DNA of 64,000 nucleotides from Felis catus (Eukaryota): positions 130,822,001-130,886,000 of the forward strand of contig NC_058368.1 of the NCBI RefSeq assembly GCF_018350175.1. The letters run 5' to 3'. The position numbers and the translations under genes are program-made. Below are positions 50,630-64,000 of this stretch, one piece after another (within the stretch, counting starts at the first letter, position 1; each line of letters starts with the position of its first letter). Below the pieces are notes generated by a model that saw nothing but the letters and a program-made list of their open reading frames with translations, was not told where the DNA came from and searched no databases.

Positions 50630-51500
50630 TAATCAAAAATTAATGAGCTAATTATCTAGCTTGGGAAGGCAGAAAAGAGGAAAAAAGAATAAACTGAAAG
50701 AAAATAAAACAATAAATGCTAAAAATTTAATGAAAAATAGACCAAATAAAAAGCTAAAAGACTTTTCAATAAATCCAAAACTTGGTTTTTTGAAATAATT
50801 AATAAGATCTACTAACTTTAAAAAGATTGATAAATAAAAAAGAAAATAAACCTTAAAATATCATATATGTAAAAAGGATCATAACTACAAATTCAGGAGG
50901 AACTAAACCCATAATAACACAAGAAAAATTTTATGACAGTATATTTGAAAACTTAGGTAAGATGGTTAGGCAACAGAAAAATAGAAAATTAGAAAACTGT
51001 GTCTCAAGAAAATTGAAAATGAACTGTTGCCATAACCAATATAAAAATTTAATCTTAAAATCACTACCAACTCACTCCAAGTAAAAAAAAATTAGAAGTT
51101 TTCATGGGGCAGGTAATTCTAATTCATTATAGATTTTTTTTTTATAAAAGAGAAAAAGTTCTCTCATATTCAGCATATGAGGTTAGTATAAATTTGATAT
51201 CAATACAAGAGAAGTATAGTATGAAAGATAAAATTTGCAGGTCAAGTCCACTAATAAAAAGAAGTTCAATACTCTAAAAGCCTTGTTAATATTGGAAAGT
51301 GAATTAATTGAATAATAAACATGACCAAGTTGTACACTGATGTTTTTTTTCAGATATTTTCAAATTAGCATACCAAATTAGAATACTTTAATGCACTTAG
51401 TGATTTAAAAATATGAGATCTTTTAATTGAATTCAGCATGAATTCAACTTCCTGCCAGGATACTAACTCTCATATACTCTTGATACAAATCAGGAACAAA
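50630..51500 (+). mobile_element. Ancient L1 ORF2 remnant
   Basis: aatccaaaacttggttttttgaaa...ggatcataactaca motifs. Confidence 0.6.
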
Positions 51501-51518
51501 ATAAGAACGTTTGCTGCT

Positions 51519-51678
51519 GGGTCACCTGGGTGGCTCACTCAGTAAAGCGACCATCTCTTGATTTCAGCTAGGGTTAGATCTCGTGGTTGGTGAGTTCGAG
51601 CCCCACATTAGGCTCCGTGCTGACAGTGCAGAGCCTGCTTGGGATTCTCTCTACCTCTCATTCTGCCCCTCCCCCAAT
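51519..51678 (+). mobile_element. 3'-truncated Can-SINE
   Basis: Head and body, no tail. Confidence 0.8.
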
Positions 51679-52219
51679 TGCTTGATTGCTGCCTCAGCCA
51701 GGCTGGCTCAGATGGTTGGAGATTTCTGAAAAGGCCTGATTAGAGTTACATATCTGAGCTGCTGGTTCTTCTCCATTTGGTGTTTACTGGGGTTGAAATG
51801 TGGCCACTTCACTATCCTGTCTGGAGGCTAGACTGGGATAGTGCAAAGGCTTGGAGATGTTCATCATTGGTCTCTTTTTATGTGTCCTCTCCACACCAGA
51901 AACTTGAGCTTCCTTACATCATGAGCACCTTGGAGAAATCATACTTAACATGTGGCTGCCTAGCTTCACTCAGACTGTTTCAAGAAACCAAGGCAGAAGT
52001 TGCAAAACTACTTATGATGTAGCCTCAGATGTCATGCAGCATCACTTCTGCAATTCTGATTCAAATTCCAGGAGGTGTACTCCATTCGTGGATCATCCTG
52101 GACAGCTTAAATCATGTTTTCTTGGAACTTAGAGAAGATAACTTTTTTTTTTGAGTATATAGTGATGTTAAGAAGAAATATAATACCATTCTGATTTTCT
52201 CTTTCTTTTTGGAGGATTC

Positions 52220-52428
52220 TTTTTTTTAATGTTTATTTATTTTTGAGACAGAGAGAGACAGTGTGAGTGGGGAAGGGGCAGAGAGGGAGGGAGACACAGA
52301 ATCCAAAGCAGGCTCCAGGCTCTGAGCTGTCAGCACAGAGCCTCATGTAGGGTCTGAAGCCCCAAACCACGAGATCATGACCTGAGCCAAAGTTTACGCT
52401 CAACTGACTAAGCCACCCAGGTGCTCCT
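52220..52428 (-). mobile_element. Can-SINE
   Basis: TSD tcttt...gaggattctt. Confidence 0.9.
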
Positions 52429-55400
52429 CTTTATAGAGGATTCTTGAAGTCTGAGTGTATTTTCTTTCTTTTCGTACCCACGGAATTTAATATAGGCATT
52501 CACATGTAAAATGTAGTCAAATATGTGATGTACAATTCAACATGATTACAAAAATTCTGCTTTTGCATTTTATGTTAGTCTAGGTAATTAAAAATCAATG
52601 TTCTATGTCTCAATATTATCACTTAATTTTCCTATGTATTGTATTAAAGCATAGTATCTCAAATTAGCCTGTTTTCTTACTTGTTTGCTTATCAGAGTTT
52701 CTAAGCTAGTCCCCTGAAAGTCTTAGGAGAAACACCATCTATTCTGGTTCTTCCTTTGATGCAATTTCCTTTCTTGAAGTCAAATTTCTCACTCTCAAAG
52801 AAAGCAAACAAGCATGCCGACAAACAACTCTCTTTTCTCTGTTGACATTTATACTAAGGTCTGGCATTATCACTGCATCAGCTGTTTTCAATTAAATTTC
52901 CCAGGCTGTTGCTGGGTAAAAGAGTAAACATATTGTTTTTTTAAATGGCCTGAAATCTTTTAAATATCAACCAGTATCATATAAACAACTTAAAGCAACA
53001 ATTATAGTTTTAGAAGATTACTTTTCACTACATACACCTCTTAACCTCTTGTTTTACCCCACCAAGTTCAGGCTAACTTATCCCAATTACATTTCTAATA
53101 GTTGTTTTTTTCATCCTATTTCTTTTATAAATAAGTAAGGTATTTATTATAATTTTAAATGGCCTTTTGCCATATTAAGACAGTAGTGAATTTAGTGAGC
53201 AAGAACATTTGAGTCAAGTAAGAAAAATTGTTTAAATACTTCCCTTTTCATTTTGAAATATATTTACTCCACTGGGCTACAACATCTCATTTACAGGAGT
53301 GGCCTATGGTAACCCACAGTGGGTGTTCCAGGGCTGATAAATTCATTCCAGTAGGTCTGTGCTCCAATTAGCATAAAAAGAACAATCCCAATAATTTAAC
53401 AAAATGCTTTCTTTTGTGAACAGAAGCAATAGGAATACTCATGTATTTGTATCCTTCAAAAATATCATTTGAAAATAATGGCCTTTAGTGTCTCCTAAAA
53501 TTTCAAGAAAAATAAAGGCTGCCAAAAGAAATAAAAAATCCTTTAATGGAAGAAATTCTGCTTACAGGTTGAACATCTATAAGGGATTTTGAACAATGCT
53601 GATCATGGACAGAGGCATTAAGGAGAATAGATTTTTCCTAACAAAGATACTTCCCGAATATACAGAAATATTCAAAGTAAACTCAAGTATCTGAGATAAA
53701 CAGCTGGTCTTGGCCTTAAAGAAAGGTAAGCACTAGTCATTTGATGGAGTCAGTGATATTTTAAGAATAGACACCAGAGAAGAATTATGAATAGAGTATC
53801 TGCCCTAGAGTGGAAAAACATCATGCGATTTATTCCATTTTTTTTCTATCTGTATATGCCAATACCCAAGACTGAAGTCTCTGCCATGGGCTTAAGCACA
53901 GTTACACAGTGAGCAATGTTCTTTCGTATTTATATTTTTATCACTGAATAACCAAAGTATTCAGATGGGGAACTGAGTTTCGGTTGGGTTTTGGTTTTTT
54001 CCTGAATTCAAAAACAGAAGCCCTATGTTGCCCAAAGTCACAAGGAGCAGAATTAGGACATTAATCTAGGTCTTCTGACTTAACCAAACTTTCTTACTTC
54101 CTAACCTGCATTTTATCCTGAGAAACACATGTCTTCTTGTCAAATGCTACAATGAGCAAGACTAAAATCAGGGAATTGCCTGTGTTTACTCATTGAGATT
54201 GGGTAGTGTGCAGTCTCCTGATTTCTCTTCATTGTATCACACTGTGTCTTTCCTTCATTCAGAGAAGTTTAGAGAGTACACCTAAAAGTCATATTTTAAA
54301 AATCCCTCTTAAGTGAAGAAGGCAAGCTTTGCAACACTGTAATACAGGTGAAATTTTTCCTAATTCTACTTTTCCTCCAAAGGAGATGAACCTTGAAGCT
54401 TCATGACTACATGACATAATGATCTTGAAAGAATTAACTTCCTACCAATCACACCACAGTGATTAAGCAACTATTTTAATTGGGTTGGTGTAAAAAAAAC
54501 AAAAATGAAGGAAACGTTTGAAAAGTGAAAGTTTAAATTTTAAACCACAGTTTTGCAAAATCTTTTCTGACAGCATAAGTAAGACAGATAAAACTCACTT
54601 AAAAAACACTGATGTGACAAAAAATTAGTTTGGCATTATTGGTGTGTACTTTTTATAAGACGAGATGAGGGGATAAAATGGAGGTAAAATGCTTGGGGTT
54701 CAAGAAGCAGAAAGGGAAACATGGAGCATAACCTTACAATAACCAGACAGAAACATCATGGTATATAAAGCCAATTAAAAAAAAAAAACCAAAACACTAA
54801 TTTAGTATTAATTTTGTTTAGCTAATTTGTGAGGTTCACAAAGTATCTTCTGGGTCCATCGTTAGCATTTGGATAACCCAAGTTATCCAAACAACTGAAG
54901 TTTAAGGATGTTAACATATTAACACATAAGTCACATTAAAATACTTACAAACACGTAAATACTAATATTTACTCAAATTCATCAAGGTATGTATCAACCT
55001 AGTGGACCTAGAGGACTATGGAAACACAAAGTCTCTCCTGTATTTCAGGCACAGCTCAAACCGGATTGCTGTATCAATTTTTGACTTTGACTTTTTATGT
55101 GTCAGCTTCACTCTTAGGGAGGACAGGAGGATCCTGAAAGGCAGGACACTGCCTTCACCCGAAGCCCTAAATCATAGTATCACTAAATCTAGAGTTAGTA
55201 AGTCTTTTCTTATAGTTCTTCTAAGAATCGAACAAACCTGTATTTGTGGAAATCCCACCAAGTTTTTTATAATCTCAATGCATTGAGTTTTATGTTCAGC
55301 CCTTCACAGTGGACAGTGGGACAGGATAGGTGAATTAGCTTCAAGTAATGAGGACCCTTGATTAGAAATGGTGATAGGGTGAATTCTAGGGAATCATAAG

Positions 55401-56292
55401 GCCAAAAAAGGGGAGGAGGTAAATTCATATAAGAAAATGAGGATACTGTTAAAAGCAGAGGAGGGAGAATAGATGTCGGAAAACGTATGAGGGTAATATG
55501 TGACTCTAACCAACAAATAAAAATGTAAAACGGTTCAAATCTATTAGAGTGTGTAAGTGAATAGGTAGGTGTGACAGTTCTCAGATATCCAGGCTGGTGA
55601 AGGCTCTGCCATCTTCCACTTGTGCTTCTTAAGGTGGCCCTGAACATCCTTTTTCTCACAGCTCGACAAAAGGGAAAAAGACCATAGGAAAAAAGGCATC
55701 AAAGAATACTTTTAATTTTTCCCATTGAAATGTAATACAGAAATAGGTAACTTTATAAAGCACAAGTGAATTATCACCCTTATAACCATCATTCAGGTCA
55801 AAAAATAGCATCAAGAAGCTTCTTCCTGGCTGCTCCCAATTACTACCTCTTGCCTCTGACCCAAAGGCAATGTCAGTCTGAACTTCTAACACCATATGAT
55901 AATTTTGCCTTTTTATAGACTTAGGTCAGTTGGCACAAGAGACCATGATATATCCATATCTAAAGTGGTGTTTACTACTTATGATTGAATTCCACTAACT
56001 AGAAGTCAGCCACATGGACATACTTGCCTACAAGGAGGGTATGTGCCACTCAAATAGTAATAACTAGCTACAGAAGATAGCCAACAAATATCTACTGTAG
56101 ACTTCTGAGTGTTTTCTAATCATTACCTCCTCTCAAAATCATAGCACCATCAGGTTCCAACAACACATAATCTTCCTTGCCAAGTCACGAAAGAGATACC
56201 TATAAACATTAATGCTTTAATATTTTGTCCCTATCACTGGGTTTAAGTAAATTCAAGCAGAAACAACTTGATCTCTACAAGATGATTGATCT

Positions 56293-56437
56293 CCCTGGGT
56301 GGTTCAGTCAGTTGAGCACCTGACTCTTGATTTCAGCTCAGACTGTGATCCCAGGATCATGGGAAAGGCCTCCCAGGCTGAGCTTAGAGTCTGCTTAAGA
56401 TTCTCTCTCCCTCTGTCTCTCTGTCCCTCTCCCGGCT

Positions 56438-56486
<49 letters not shown>
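56293..56486 (+). mobile_element. Old Can-SINE followed by (TATC)n
   Basis: SINE body then ~12 TATC units. Confidence 0.8.
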
Positions 56487-56594
56487 ATTGTTTATGAATG
56501 TTTAGTCAGTAAAAACTGGATGGGAAATATTGCCTTGGCAAGTTCCTTGATAATCTTGTCCTAACTCACTCTTCAAGTATTATATTTTACAGTT

Positions 56595-56955
56595 GCGATG
56601 GCCTTGATTTTGTCCCCCCAGAATCTGAAACTAAGTTCAAGTCCTCATTCCCAATGTTACTGTATTTGGATATAGGGCCTTTAAGGAAGAAATTAAGGTT
56701 AAATTAGGTCCTACGAATAGGGCCCTAATCTATATACACTGTTGTTATTAAAAGAAGAGACAGTCAAGTGTGCAAGCACAGAGAAATGGCCATATAAGGA
56801 CACAGCATGTTTGTAAATAATCAAGAGAGTCCTCACCAAAAAACTAATCCTGCTGACACTTTGATCTTGGACTTCCAGTCTCTACAACTGCGAGAAAACA
56901 GATTTCTCTTACATTTATGGTTTTCCATTATTGCAACCCAACACACTAATACATC
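56595..56955 (+). mobile_element. MaLR LTR (MLT1-type)
   Basis: ttgtccccccag...ttgatcttggacttccag...ctaataca. Confidence 0.75.
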
Positions 56956-58420
56956 TGTATTTCCCTTCAATTTTCTCTTTGCTTAGAGAAATCTTCACCA
57001 TCTAACCTAAGGCCTATCCATTTGTGAAGCTTCACTGAACACTGCAGTTCACCACGAAGTCCCTTGGCATCCTTTTTGTTCCATAGTCTATGTGGAACTG
57101 GCTATCATTTTCTAACTCCCATGGTCTTTTTTCTGTGTATTATCTGTCGCTCTGTATACAGTCTAAGCTCTTTGAGTTCATAGACCAGGCCCCAGTCCCC
57201 TCAAGAACGTGTTTAAGTCACTACAGGTAAAACGGACCCACAGAGAATCTAATTTTGTAAAGGAAGAAATAGCATTTGACCTTGAAGAAGGTACACCTTT
57301 GATGAACAGAAGCTTTTGCTAACAACTGTCAGTCATGCTGTCCTGTGGGCTTTTGAAGACTCCAAATGACTTTGTAATACATACTACTTCATTTATGAGA
57401 AAACAAATTTAGATTCATTAACTTATCCAAGATTACACAACTGATTGGTGTCAATGTTTTTCTTGGTTTTTCAACGATGGCACACTTGTGTGTCATATAC
57501 CACACAATCTCTTTTCGAGGTTGACAGAGAATATGGACCTATCATTTCTTTGTTTTGCCTTTCTCATCACTAGATTGATTTAATATTACCTGACAGTGGA
57601 TTTACATATTAGGGTGTGAGCATTCTAAAACTCTTAATAACACTAAGAGGACTTAAAATAATGATTTCCTCAAGTACAGAATGAACATTTCCTTAGTTTA
57701 CTTTTTTTTCCCCCCTAACTTGTTTGAGGTATTTTTTCATCATTTCATGGACCTACATTCAAATACCTTTGTAACCGTGTACTTTGAACGTTCAAAAACT
57801 CTACTTCTTAGCTAAGGAATCCCAACGGAGACAGTCACATTGTGGAATGACTCTAATACTAACCTAATGCCTTTCTCAGTATTACAGCCAAACACACACA
57901 CCAGGTTTTCAGTTATAAGAGCGCTTTTCTTTACGATAAAAAAAAAAAATACCTGTACACAATGCACAGTTTTAGATACCAACGCTAGGTTTAACTACAG
58001 CCCTATTTCAGGTATCCATGTAAGCCAACTGACTGAGCTCACTACAAGGAGAGAAGTATAAGCTGCTATACCTGTCAGCCTAATTTGGGGGTGTGGGCTA
58101 CATAATTCTGTGATCACATTTATTATCGATGCTATGATAAAGGCAATGTTTGAGGACTCATATCATCTTTCTCATTTTGCAAGCCCCTCCCTACAAGTGA
58201 GCTTTTGACAGACAAGACTGAAAAAGTCTTGATTTATAAGAATAATCCCCACAAAAAGGAAAATAATTTTCAAGATCTACTCTAGAAGCTTTGTAGCTAA
58301 ATATTTGCTATATTGTACATTCTGAGAGGGATAGAAAATGCCAGGCCATCATTTGTCCTCTTCCTTCAAACTGTATCACAACTTTAACAGTCTCATTATT
58401 CATTTAAAATTGGCCTGTGA

Positions 58421-59109
58421 GCAAGCTGGTGCAGTCACTCTGGAAAATATTATGGAGGTTCCTCAAAAAATTGAAAATAGAACTACCCTATGACCCAGCA
58501 ATTGCACTACTAGGCATTTATCCAAGGGATAAAGTTGTGCTGTTTCAAAGGAAACACATGCACCCCCATGTTTATAGCAGCACTATCAACAATAGCCAAA
58601 GTATAGAAAGAGCCCAAATGTCCATCAATGGATGAATGGATTAAGAAGATGTGGTATATATACACAATGGAGTATTACTCAGCCATCAAAAAGATGAAAG
58701 TTTGCCATATGCAACTACAGGGAGGATGGAACTGGAGGGTATTATGCCAAGTGAAATTAGTCAGAGAAAGACAAACATCATATGACTTCATTCATATGAG
58801 GACTTTAAGAGACAAAACAGATGAACATAAGAGAAGGGAAGAAAATAATATAAAAACAGGAAGAGGGACAAAACAGAAGAGACTCATAAATATAGAGAAC
58901 AAACTGAGGGTTACGGAAGGGGTTGTGGGAGGGGGAATGGGCTAAATGGGTAAGGGGCACTAAGGAATCTACTCCTGAAATCATTGTTGCACTACATGCT
59001 AACTAATTTGGATGTAAATTAAAAAAAATAAAAAATAAAACAAGTTAAAATAAAAAAATAAAATAAAATAAAATAAAATAAAATAAAATAAAATAAAATA
59101 AAATAAAAT
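58421..59109 (+). mobile_element. Young 5'-truncated felid L1 with (AAAAT)n tail
   Basis: ORF2 C-terminus KIELPYDPAIALLGIYP / DEWIKKMWYIYTMEYYSAIK; TSD aaaat(t/a)ggcctgtga. Confidence 0.95.
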
Positions 59110-59958
59110 AAAATAGGCCTGTGAAAAATGATTTCCCAGTCAGAAGAACTAGAAACAATTTTGAAGTCACATAATGCTTGAAGGCCCCATTAGTCCCTAA
59201 TCTCACGATTCCTATCATGGCAAGTGCTTCTGACTTCTAAAATGTACTGACCCCATTTTCCTCCCACACCACCCTTCCAATTCATTCAAACCTGTGATTT
59301 GCATCTTCTTTCTGCTCCCAATACCTGTGATTGTCACAGTTGCGGTTCCGCTCCCCGAGTCCACTACGATCTTTCTTAATAAGAAACCAAATATTTTTAA
59401 ACATACAAAAAGTTGCTATACCTTATACCAAATCCTGAGTTTCACAGTAATTTCAAATACACCCAAAGCTTCCGTTCTACCTGGTTGCAACAGCTATGAC
59501 CCTCCAAGTTGCCTCAGGCCTTTGTCCATATTTTATCCACGTAACTGCAATTTACTCTGAAATGTTAAATACGTTGATCAATACCTACTAGTTCCAATTT
59601 AGCTCTTTGGGAAGTAATAATGAAATCTGCTATTTTCACTTAGATGCAGGTTCCCCTCAACCAAGGCAATTAGTTCATATATTGTTCTAGGAGGTCGAAC
59701 AAGAACGCTTGGTTACAACTAGGCAGTCTATTCCTTCATGACAAGAAAGAACCCTGCATACCTCAGCTGTTCTTAATGAGGTTACTCAGTATTTCTGACA
59801 GTGACTGATCTAATATGACTCAGCTTTTTCCAAACTGATTTTCTCTTTTCAAGGAAGAAACCAGACCATGTTGCCCAAACCCCCAAATTATGCTGAATAA
59901 TTTCAAGTACAGATCCATTTACGACAACTAAATATATTTCATCAAAATGCTTTCATCA

Positions 59959-60186
59959 GGGGCGCCTGGGTGGCGCAGTTGGTTAAGCGTCCGACTTCAG
60001 CCAGGTCACGATCTCGCGGTCCGTGGGTTCGAGCCCCGCGTCGGGCTCTGGGCTGATGGCTCAGAGCCTGGAGCCTGTTTCCGATTCTGTGTCTCCCTCT
60101 CTCTCTGCCCCTCCCCCGTTCATGCTCTGTCTCTCTCTGTCCCAAAAATAAAAATAAACGTTGAAAAAAAAATTTATAATAAAAAA
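59959..60186 (+). mobile_element. Young felid SINE
   Basis: CpG-rich; perfect TSD aaaatgctttcatca. Confidence 0.95.
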
Positions 60187-61323
60187 AAAATGCTTTCATC
60201 AATTTGACTGAGGAATCTCGATTTACCGAACTACAACCACCAGACATCTTTTATTCTCCAGTAATTGCTATCAATGGTGCTTTGGGAATTTTCTTTTTTA
60301 CCTTTGTACAGTAAGCTTCACGAACAGTAAACGGAGGCGCCTTTAATCACTTTTTGGGTATTGTCAGTTATTAACACAGCTTAGTACAGATAATATTTTA
60401 ATTTCATACTGGGTGCAAAGCCATTTGGCCACAATAACAGCTTATTGGTATGGTTTACCTGTTGGCTTAGGGAACTTGGGCTAACATAAAGGCAAATGTG
60501 ATAGGAATCTTCTTAGAGCTCCCTTCTTTGTTTCCTGGGCCTGCCTCTCTGGTTTGTAGGAGGGAAAGACAAACAACCCATGTTTAGTTGCCGGTCCTTT
60601 TTGTAGTTGTTACTGTTGTTTACCCACATATGTATGTGGTGGTGAGATAGTGGTTCCCTTCACATTGCCTTTCAGCTCTTCAGCTCACTGTCTGCAGGGC
60701 TACTCAGTCCCAAGCCACCCTCAGGCACATTTTTCAACCCATGCGAGATTCAACTTAACCTCCACCGTGAGGTAGGATGCTGCTGTACTCACATGCAACT
60801 CATTTTTGTCCACACTGGGCCAGTTTCCAGTAGCCTCCAAGTTCACCTATTTCTAAAGCCCAACTTTGGGTCCAAGAGAAAACAGGATCAATCTTCCACA
60901 TTTTTCAAAAATCCAGAAACTGCAGAGGTAACTCTTGTCCCCTCACAGTATAGCAAAATCACCATGCAAGCTCTCACTGTAACTTTTTCTATAGAAGCAG
61001 AGACTTGGAATAAAGTCATCAAAACTTTCACTCAGGAAACATCCACTAAAACCTATCTGTCACCCTTTTATTACCAATCTCTACAAAACTCAGACATACA
61101 GTCTCTGTATTGCTATACAAACCAGCCCCAAACTCATCCTGAAACAACAGTCATTTGTTATCAAACAAAATTTTGGTCTCAACATACTGCTATTTTCACT
61201 ATAAAATCTGCCCTGAAAAGAAAAAACAAAAAGTCTGCCCTTTTTGATAACTTGAAATAATAAGAAATTATCTCAAACAGTATTTCACAACATCCTGCTG
61301 CAAATCACCACGGGGGCTCTTCT

Positions 61324-61532
61324 TCTTTTTTAAAAATTTTTAATGTTTATTTTTGAGAGAGAGGGACAGAGAGAGAGTGAGCGTGAGTGGGGGAGGGGCA
61401 GAGAGAGAGGGAGACACAGAATCCAAAGCAGGATCCAAGCTCTGAGCTGTCAACACAGAGCCCAATGTGAGCCGTGAGATCATGACCTGAGCTGAAGTCA
61501 AAGCTTAACTGACTGAGCCACCCAGGTGCCCC
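61324..61532 (-). mobile_element. Can-SINE with internal deletion
   Basis: TSD cac(c/a)acggggg(c/t)tcttct. Confidence 0.9.
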
Positions 61533-61789
61533 ACAACGGGGGTTCTTCTAATTAGAACTTCTTTTCCTCTATAGAAAATTGTTGTTAATCAAAAAGACAA
61601 AGATTACTAGTGATACAGCTCGAAGATAATATGCGGTAATGTTTCTGAAACCAAACAAAATGTTCATCTCCCATCAAGTCCCATAAAAGTACCATGAGAT
61701 CAAATACCTTGGGAATACAGTTGATACAATACTTCTCTTACAAAGATGAATAAACCATAAATGTACATGTATGTGTCTAAGTAGTGGAG

Positions 61790-62010
61790 ACGTAGGATTA
61801 TATGTGCTTGGCTGAATTTCTGGCACTACCATTTACTACCCAGCTGGTTCCAAGTTACTTGACTTCTCTTTGCTTTCAGATTCTCCATCCATGAAATAAA
61901 GGAGCAGTAATAACTTTTGGCTCATAGGGAGATTGAGAATTAAAAAAATATATAAGATATGTAAAACTCGAAACCTAATCTATACACTTAGTACATGCTT
62001 AATAAATGAT
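61790..62010 (+). mobile_element. MIR
   Basis: caagttacttgacttctct..ttcagattctccatc..gagaattaaa..tgcttaataaatg. Confidence 0.65.
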
Positions 62011-64000
62011 AAATATTAATGTTATAAATATTTCTCCAACTTATTGGACCATAAATACCTATTTTGACAAGTTCCAGGTTAGGAATATATTCAATGCAAA
62101 ACTACTGTGCACTCATCTCCCTTGGGCCCGTTTAATGCTGAACCTTAAATAAACCACCTTCATCCCTTTGCCTTGAATTTGAACACACTGATGGGACTCC
62201 TGTGAAGTCTAACATAATCTGCTTCATCATAAAAGCGATTTTTTTTCACATAAAGGGAAACAAGTTTCTAACTTCACACGCTCAGATGACTAATTGCTAC
62301 ACTAAGTAAGGCTGAATGAAGGGTAGCCAAAGTAAACAGACATGACCTAAGAAAACGATTAAGGAACAGCCACATGAATATGTAGTGTGAGAATCTAGGA
62401 ATTACAGTAATGAAATGATCCCCAAAGCAGCAAAGGAGTGGTATGATAAAAATGTTGATAAAAGTTAATTAATAAATTCATGCACTAGTAATTAAGAGGT
62501 CGATTTAAGCTTCCACACTCTCCACTCTGTGCATTATCCCATGGTAAACAAAAGGAAAATGAGAGATTAGAGAGAGCATGGTGCTGTTAAACCGAAGAGT
62601 AAATGTTAAAGTGTCTGTATGAACTGTAAAAGTGACAAATGAAAATTCCTGCCAGATCAAGTCTTTTTGCCAACATCCCTGGCAGAGCAGCCAATAATAG
62701 AGTCACTGCTTTCCCATGCAGACGTATATTCTACCTCTAATGATGCAGATATTTTTTAATATTAAATTAAGCTAAACTCAGCATCCCAACAGCTTCCACC
62801 ACTGTGTGTGTTTCTACCTCCTAAAGCAAAACAAAGTCCAACCTCTCTTTTAGCAGGAAACCCCTCATTCATTTGGAAAAACAATATAGTGGCGCTCAGG
62901 TCAGATTCTGCAGGTTAAAGGCATCCACTTCATTAAGAGTCTACATGAAACTGCACTAACCTGAAGTTTGTCCAGGGGCCGCATGTTCCTTCACAAGTTA
63001 TCTCACTTAAACGTTCACACTGAGGATAAACGAAATGTGAATAAATTCGTCTTTGTTGTTTTGTACTCTACAATCTAATGAATTCTAAGTTTGTCTTCAG
63101 ATACAGGCAACAGAAATCTGTTACTATTGAGTTTCCTCACTGGACCTGAATCAACAAAGAATCTGAATACAATCCTGGAAATTCCTATCAGGTAAAGCAG
63201 AGTTGCTGAATATCAAATATGTAATGCTGGGTCACAAGTATTATTAGGAAATTAGATTTCCTGTCTGGTGACTTACAGAGTATATAACATATAGTCTAAG
63301 GCAGTAATAAGTGGTTTGCTATGTCTCTGTCATCTGACCTATATCAAAGAGATGGCTCAACTTCAACGTCATCGGGAACATGCCATCACCTGAAGAGTAA
63401 CCTGATTTAAAAATGAAACCAGACAAAGGTAGGTGGTCACTAGGCAAAAATACCATGGCTTTCGGTTTGGTGCTAAATAATCCTTGCTTCAAAGACATCA
63501 AGGACAAGGCGGGTTGTGTTGCCTTAACTCTTCTTCCACATGTTTCAGGGATCTAATTCCTTATGCTCTAACAAATAAATATCCAGCAAACTACGTTAAA
63601 AGGAAGAGCCTTTTGGACTGAAAAGCAAAATGCGCATCAGCTGTCATGACCACATTGCTGAAATATTTTGTTTCCGTTGGTGAGGGGAAGAAACACTCTT
63701 TTTAATTCAAGAATTCTAGTCATCGCATGATCATTGATTCAAAGATGACTATTATGGATTCCAGAACTTTTCAGAAAAACTATTTTACTTCATCTTTAAT
63801 TAGAGGTTCAGAAGTAACTCAAATATATTTGCACATAGAATACCTTTGTTCTGAAGTTCCAAATACAATAATTCGCTGTTGACATGTGGGTAAAAATAAT
63901 GGCACTGATGTATTTCTGGATTAAAATATATTCATAAGTTTTAGTCAGGATAGATCTATCACACTGCACTGCATTTTGGCACTGCAGAAAAAAAAAAATA

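Noticed and set aside
53568..53725. Plus-strand exon-like segment with strong donor
   Set aside because: Stops in all frames, isolated, no supporting chain
782..58945. L1-derived ORFs (e.g. 782..1192, 48279..48479, 58417..58945)
   Set aside because: Fragments or antisense frames of truncated L1s; no full-length element
9736..60247. Recurring ORFs such as GAPGWRSRLSVRLQPG... and MAQSV...SLEPASDSVSPSLS
   Set aside because: Translations of Can-SINE copies, not genes
5899..61532. tRNA-like heads (A/B boxes)
   Set aside because: They belong to tRNA-derived Can-SINEs, not tRNA genes
63101..63191. Plus-strand exon-like segment with one open frame
   Set aside because: No recognisable peptide or partner exons; compatible with a chance pseudo-exon

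Overview
AT-rich mammalian DNA of a feliform carnivore, most likely a cat (Felidae), judged from about 25 Can-SINE/SINEC_Fc copies and carnivore-type L1 3' ends. Much of the window is interspersed repeats: SINEs, L1, MIR, L2, MaLR/ERVL LTRs and hAT remnants. I found no intact protein-coding gene, and most ORF-track entries are repeat-derived. The main unexplained structure is a chain of about 20 minus-strand exon remnants from ~42.2 kb (possibly 63.4 kb) down to the window start. Nearly all have canonical AG/GT splice sites and many junctions match in phase, but the frames carry stops and frameshifts. Their hand translation repeatedly gives RGS-domain-like motifs (e.g. MKSFWYNP-HQMFHLTHFAEK...NLLWHAFEDL; LKCFKLFL...RNIH/FWK; VQHDIENMSSYYFPLF). 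This points to a decayed, intron-containing gene for a large multi-RGS-domain protein, reminiscent of RGS22/RGSL1. The assignment is by-eye motif recognition and needs HMM/tBLASTn confirmation. Repeat family names are from recalled consensus features, not a database search.
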